Assembly (NCBI RefSeq): GCF_009914755.1
Contig: NC_060929.1
DNA: 64,000 bases
Reading direction: 5' to 3' (one strand)
DNA from: the human T2T-CHM13v2.0 reference genome, Homo sapiens
The notes below the pieces were generated by a model. It was given only the letters and a program-made list of their open reading frames with translations. It was not told where the DNA came from and searched no databases. Below are positions 58,641 through 64,000 of this stretch, piece after piece; within the stretch, counting starts at the first letter, position 1, and every line of letters begins with the position of its first letter. The translations under genes were made by a program, and so were the position numbers.

Positions 58641-61238
58641 GAGAGCAGAGATGACAGGCGGCTGCACCGACGCACTTTCTTCTGATTCCTTTCTGGAGGC
58701 CTTTCCTGGGGGTTAGCTTGGGCCAGGCGCTGTCCCTGGGTAAAATTGAAAAGCCCAGTCCCTGCCATGTGGCAGTCTCAGAGTCAAGGAGAACAGATCT
58801 AACCAGGAGATAGGGTGTGATGCGTTTGACAAAGAGCAGGTAGTCTCTGTCCTACAAAGGTCCTGATGGTTGCAGGTCTCAAACAGCCCTGCATCTGGTC
58901 CGAGTCCTTCAGACACAGACCCCTGGGTGCTCAACACAGACAGACACTCCTGCTCTCAGGGCACAGGCACTTTACCCAAACTCATGAGGCTACTGAGTCA
59001 CACCAAGATGGCTGTTGATTAATTTGCTGTTGATTGACAGGGGTGTCCCCAGGACCCCAACACTCAAAGTCATGGAGAAGACGCCAGGCCTTAGTGGGCA
59101 GCAGAGCATGGTCAGAGTCTGCAGAGTGGGATGACCCAGCAATTAGTGGTCTCAAGACAAGACAGCCTTGGGCTTCCCTGGGGGTATCCCACCAATGGGA
59201 CATGAATACTTGAAACCTGTTGGTTGAAATGCCCCTGCTAGACCCTGGCGGATGGGTTTTTCCCACTTACCACCAGGACTGTCCTTTTTCTTCTGTTCCA
59301 AGGCTGCCCAAACCCCTTATAAGTGATACCTGTTTAGCTCAGTTAATTATAACAACAGTAGGAGGCATAGCTGTCACTCATTGAGTACTTCCTGGGGGCT
59401 AGACATGCTAAGCTCTCTTCTTCCGTCTTCTCAATCATCATGACAGCTCTGATGTTGAGACTGTTATTGAGCCCATTTTGTTGATTTGACCATTGAGGCA
59501 CTGAGAGGTGGTTGTAGAGCTATAAAGTGGCTGAGTGGGGATTAGAACAGGTTTTCCTTGGGCTCCAGAGCCTGGCTTCTTGATCACCTCACGCCTCGGT
59601 CTGAGGAAGGGGCTGTGAGTCTGCCCACCTGCGAGCTGCTCTCTGTCCAATGACTTAGTCCCTCTGTTCTGACTCACCCTAAATTGATGTTCCCGGGAGC
59701 CCTGTTTCTTTTATTCACTGTTTCACAGGGGGCATCTCATTGTAACCCTCACATGCTCATAGCAGCTAACAGATGGAGAAGCACAGATGCAAGCTCAGGA
59801 CCACGCTGCAGTTCAAATTCCAGCTCAGTCATTCACTAGCTATTGACCCCGGACATGTCACATAGCCACTGTGTGCCTCAGTTTACTCATTCATAAAATG
59901 GAGATGATACTTTATAAGAGTGCTGTCACATGAGGCAATGTTTTCAAAAATGCCTAGCCCACCAAAAAAAAAAAGCCTTTAGGTAAGTGATACTGACTGC
60001 TGCTATTTTTCACTCTTTTTCTCTGTCCCTCAGCTCTGGGTTGTGACCCAGACAGTCATCCTGCCCCAGCAGCTCTCCTGGAGAAAGCTGGTCTTCCCTT
60101 GCACAAAGCTCCTTTTCCCAATGCTTTGGCAAGGCCCAGCAGCCAAATACAGCTTGCTTAGCTTCTCTATGGCTGCAGCCGCACTCTGCCCTGGGAGCAG
60201 GCAGCAGCGACCCAGCGGGAGGTCAGGGCTCAGTGTTACTTACCCCCGGAGTGGCCTGGGCTCCTCAGGCTCAGCATGTGGGGTTGGGGGTACCCCAGTG
60301 GTTCAATTTGGCCTCCAGTTGTTGCAGACTTTAGCACCTTGAAGTGCCCAAACTGGAGAGATCCCAGGGATCATCATCCCAGGCCCATCCGTGTTTAGAT
60401 GGGGAAGCCAAGTCCCTGAGGGAGGGAGGGGCTGGCCCAAGGATGCACTGTTAGCTCAGCCTCGTAGTATCCTTAGTCCCTGCTGTGTGCATTCTCAGGA
60501 AGGTTGGTGGCAGGGCGGGGCCTTCTGGCTTTGCAGTTCAGTCTATTCCTCTGAAGAAGCTAGCCCACTCCCCACGTGGCATTTACACCCATCACACACA
60601 CACACACACTGGGACTCCTGCTTATTCATCATGTGTGGCTCAGAATGTCCCCTCCCCAGTCTCCCAGATGCCGCCCGGGAGAATGGGTCATTCATTCATT
60701 CCCCTCAACTCTCCATGTTCCTCCATCCCACATGCGTGATGTCACAGTGTTAGGGATATTCTTATGTCTTCCTCCTTCTGCAGACTGCGACTCCCTCTGG
60801 GTAAAGGGCAGGACTTGCTCACCTCGGGGTCCCCAGCAGCCAGCCATGGGCCACCACAGTGGAGGCGTTCAGCAAACCATTGTTGAATAAATGAATGGAT
60901 TTCGCGTGGCCCAGAGGTTGAAGGAGGCAATAGCCAAAAATTGCACTTTTCCTTTTACAGCTCTGCTTTCTAATTTATTTTCTGATTCTGGTGCTGCTTG
61001 CAGCTCACTTGGTCAATTTCTAAACAACCAAGGGTATCAAAAATGCCCAGCTGTGCACGGCAGAGTTCAGGGCCTCCAGGGGAAGGGATGTGAGAGAGGG
61101 AGTGGGGGAGTCTGGCTTCGTGGGGCAGAGAGGGAGGAAAGCCCTTTCTGGAGGGTTGCTGGGGGGCCCTCTGCAATCCAGTCCCCGCCCCCCCTGAGAC
61201 ACAGTTTGTACTTCTGATTCTTATATCCTCTACCCCAG

Positions 61239-61361
61239 GAATACGTCGCCTACAGCCACACGGGCCGCATCATCCCTGCAATCTGGTTCCGCTACGACCT
61301 CAGCCCCATCACGGTCAAGTACACAGAGAGACGGCAGCCGCTGTACAGATTCATCACCACG
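61239..61361 (+). CDS. ERGIC1: ERGIC1 coding exon 9 (123 nt): EYVAYSHTGRIIPAIWFRYDLSPITVKYTERRQPLYRFITT
   Basis: ctctaccccag acceptor; ACG|GTGAGT donor. Family motif P-I-F-YDLSPI-V. The final exon (TM2 and di-lysine tail) is not in the window. Confidence 0.97.
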
Positions 61362-62189
61362 GTGAGTGGCCTGGGGCAGTGGGTGGGGCCCTGAGCCAGC
61401 CACCCTGCGCCTGCTCTGGGCCCCTTTCCTTGGCACCCCTCACCTGTTCTCGCTGAAACAGGAGGCAGCCTGCAGGGCTAGGGGCTCTGGCTGGGCACAG
61501 GAGGCTTCGACCCCAAGGATGCTGAGAAATGTTGTCAGAAACACATCAGTATCGATGACGTTTTGTCTAGAAAGTATTTTCCAGAGGGGAATGCCCTGAA
61601 ATCCATTTAATTCCTGAAGCAAATCTCCATATGGTTCCACTAGATGTTTAGGATTTTCTCCAGCTTTTTATTGTTATGGAAATTATTCTTAGCAGAGTTT
61701 ATCCTTTAATGTGTAAATTTTGCACCAAAGATTGAACTCATTTTTTTTTCCAGGTCTAATTTCCAGTTATAGCTGCTGATAGGGTCCGATTTTTCCCTTT
61801 CCTTCCTCTCTGTTCTCTCTTTTTTGCCATGGTCTCTACCACATCCAGTTTTCTCTAGGGCAGATTCAAGCTGATGTTAGTTTTCCTTTATGCTGATTAT
61901 TTCTATCATGTCTACTGTTTCCTGGCCTCCCATTCAGAAGGTCCTTAGGGTCAGAACAGGAGGGTCAGGGTGCCCTTCTTCACCCAAGAGGCCCAGGAGG
62001 TACTGAAGAAGCCAGAGTTAGCTGAGGTGGAAGAGACAGGGTGGCTATCCCTACTTCACAGATTTGGAAACTGAGACCTAAAGATAAATATGGCATTGGG
62101 AGGCCCTTATGCTTCTGTACTTCTTCATGCTTGTAATGATGGTTCAAGATCAAGGGCCTTGGCTCTTTCATTTCCCGCAATAACTAGGT

Positions 62190-62625
62190 CAGTATTAGTC
62201 AGGACTCTGTTACCGAAGATCCAGAACCAGACCTTGAGCTGGCCTGAGGAGTAGAAGGCCTCAGGCATGGCTGGATCCAGCCTCCAACATTGCCAGGAGT
62301 AGGTCTCTATCTTCGGATCTGCTTTCCGCTACACTGGCTTCATCTTCAAGTAGAATTTACCAGTAGAAATGGCCTCTTTCTCAGTCATTCTAACCAAGTC
62401 CTAGATAGGACAGAGCTCTCACTGGCCCAGCTCAGGCCTCATGCCATCCTTGTGGCCTGGGAAATCAAATGCTCTGGTTGGCCAGGCTTAGGCCCTGTAC
62501 CCTCTCTGGTGTCAACCCCATCCAAACCGCAGGGACACAGATTGTGAGGAATGAGGTTTCTCAAGAGAAAAGGCAGGGGCCAGCTACTGGAAGAGGAAAG
62601 AGTGGGTGCCAGGAGGCAGAACAGT
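62190..62625. mobile_element. Old MaLR LTR (MLT1J/K-like)
   Basis: gtattagtcaggactct...caggcatggctggatccag...gctctggttggccaggcttagg...accccatccaaacc. Confidence 0.55.
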
Positions 62626-62766
62626 GGGATGTTGTGACAGGGTCTCTGCCTTCTCATCTGTGAAGTAAGAACGATCATCTCTGTTCCTGCCACCTCCCAG
62701 GGCCTTGTGGGACTCAGAGGAGATTGTGAAAGGAGAAGCTGTTTGCAGATGTGAAAAGCCAAGTAG

Positions 62767-64000
<1,234 letters not shown>

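Overview
This is primate (most likely human) genomic DNA from the body of ERGIC1 (ER-Golgi intermediate compartment protein 1 / ERGIC-32, human 5q35.1) on the + strand. Eight internal coding exons (exons 2-9; 62, 73, 95, 125, 105, 61, 101 and 123 nt) join at canonical AG/GT sites into one open frame. They encode about residues 7-255 of the 290-aa protein; exon 1 and the last exon lie outside the window. The introns hold more than 35 Alus, old L1, L2 and MIR fragments, DNA transposon relics (MER5, MER20, MER3, Tigger4a/MER46, Charlie4-like), MaLR/ERVL LTRs and one near-complete antisense ERV1 solo LTR (LTR17/LTR30-like). The most interesting signal is in that LTR. On the gene's sense strand it supplies a strong-Kozak ATG and a GTGAGT donor that splices in frame to exon 4 (MERWAMR-VNELYVDD...), which would give an isoform lacking the first transmembrane helix. 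Intron 5 can also be read through for 79 codons, and the two events together predict a 159-aa product with neither native TM segment. Smaller finds include a template-switch palindrome inside an Alu, a triplicated MIR B-box, a G-run expansion in an Alu, a CTCF-like motif behind a weak donor and an AP-1 cluster. No prokaryote-type system (CRISPR etc.) is present. Repeat boundaries and subfamily names were judged by eye and are approximate.
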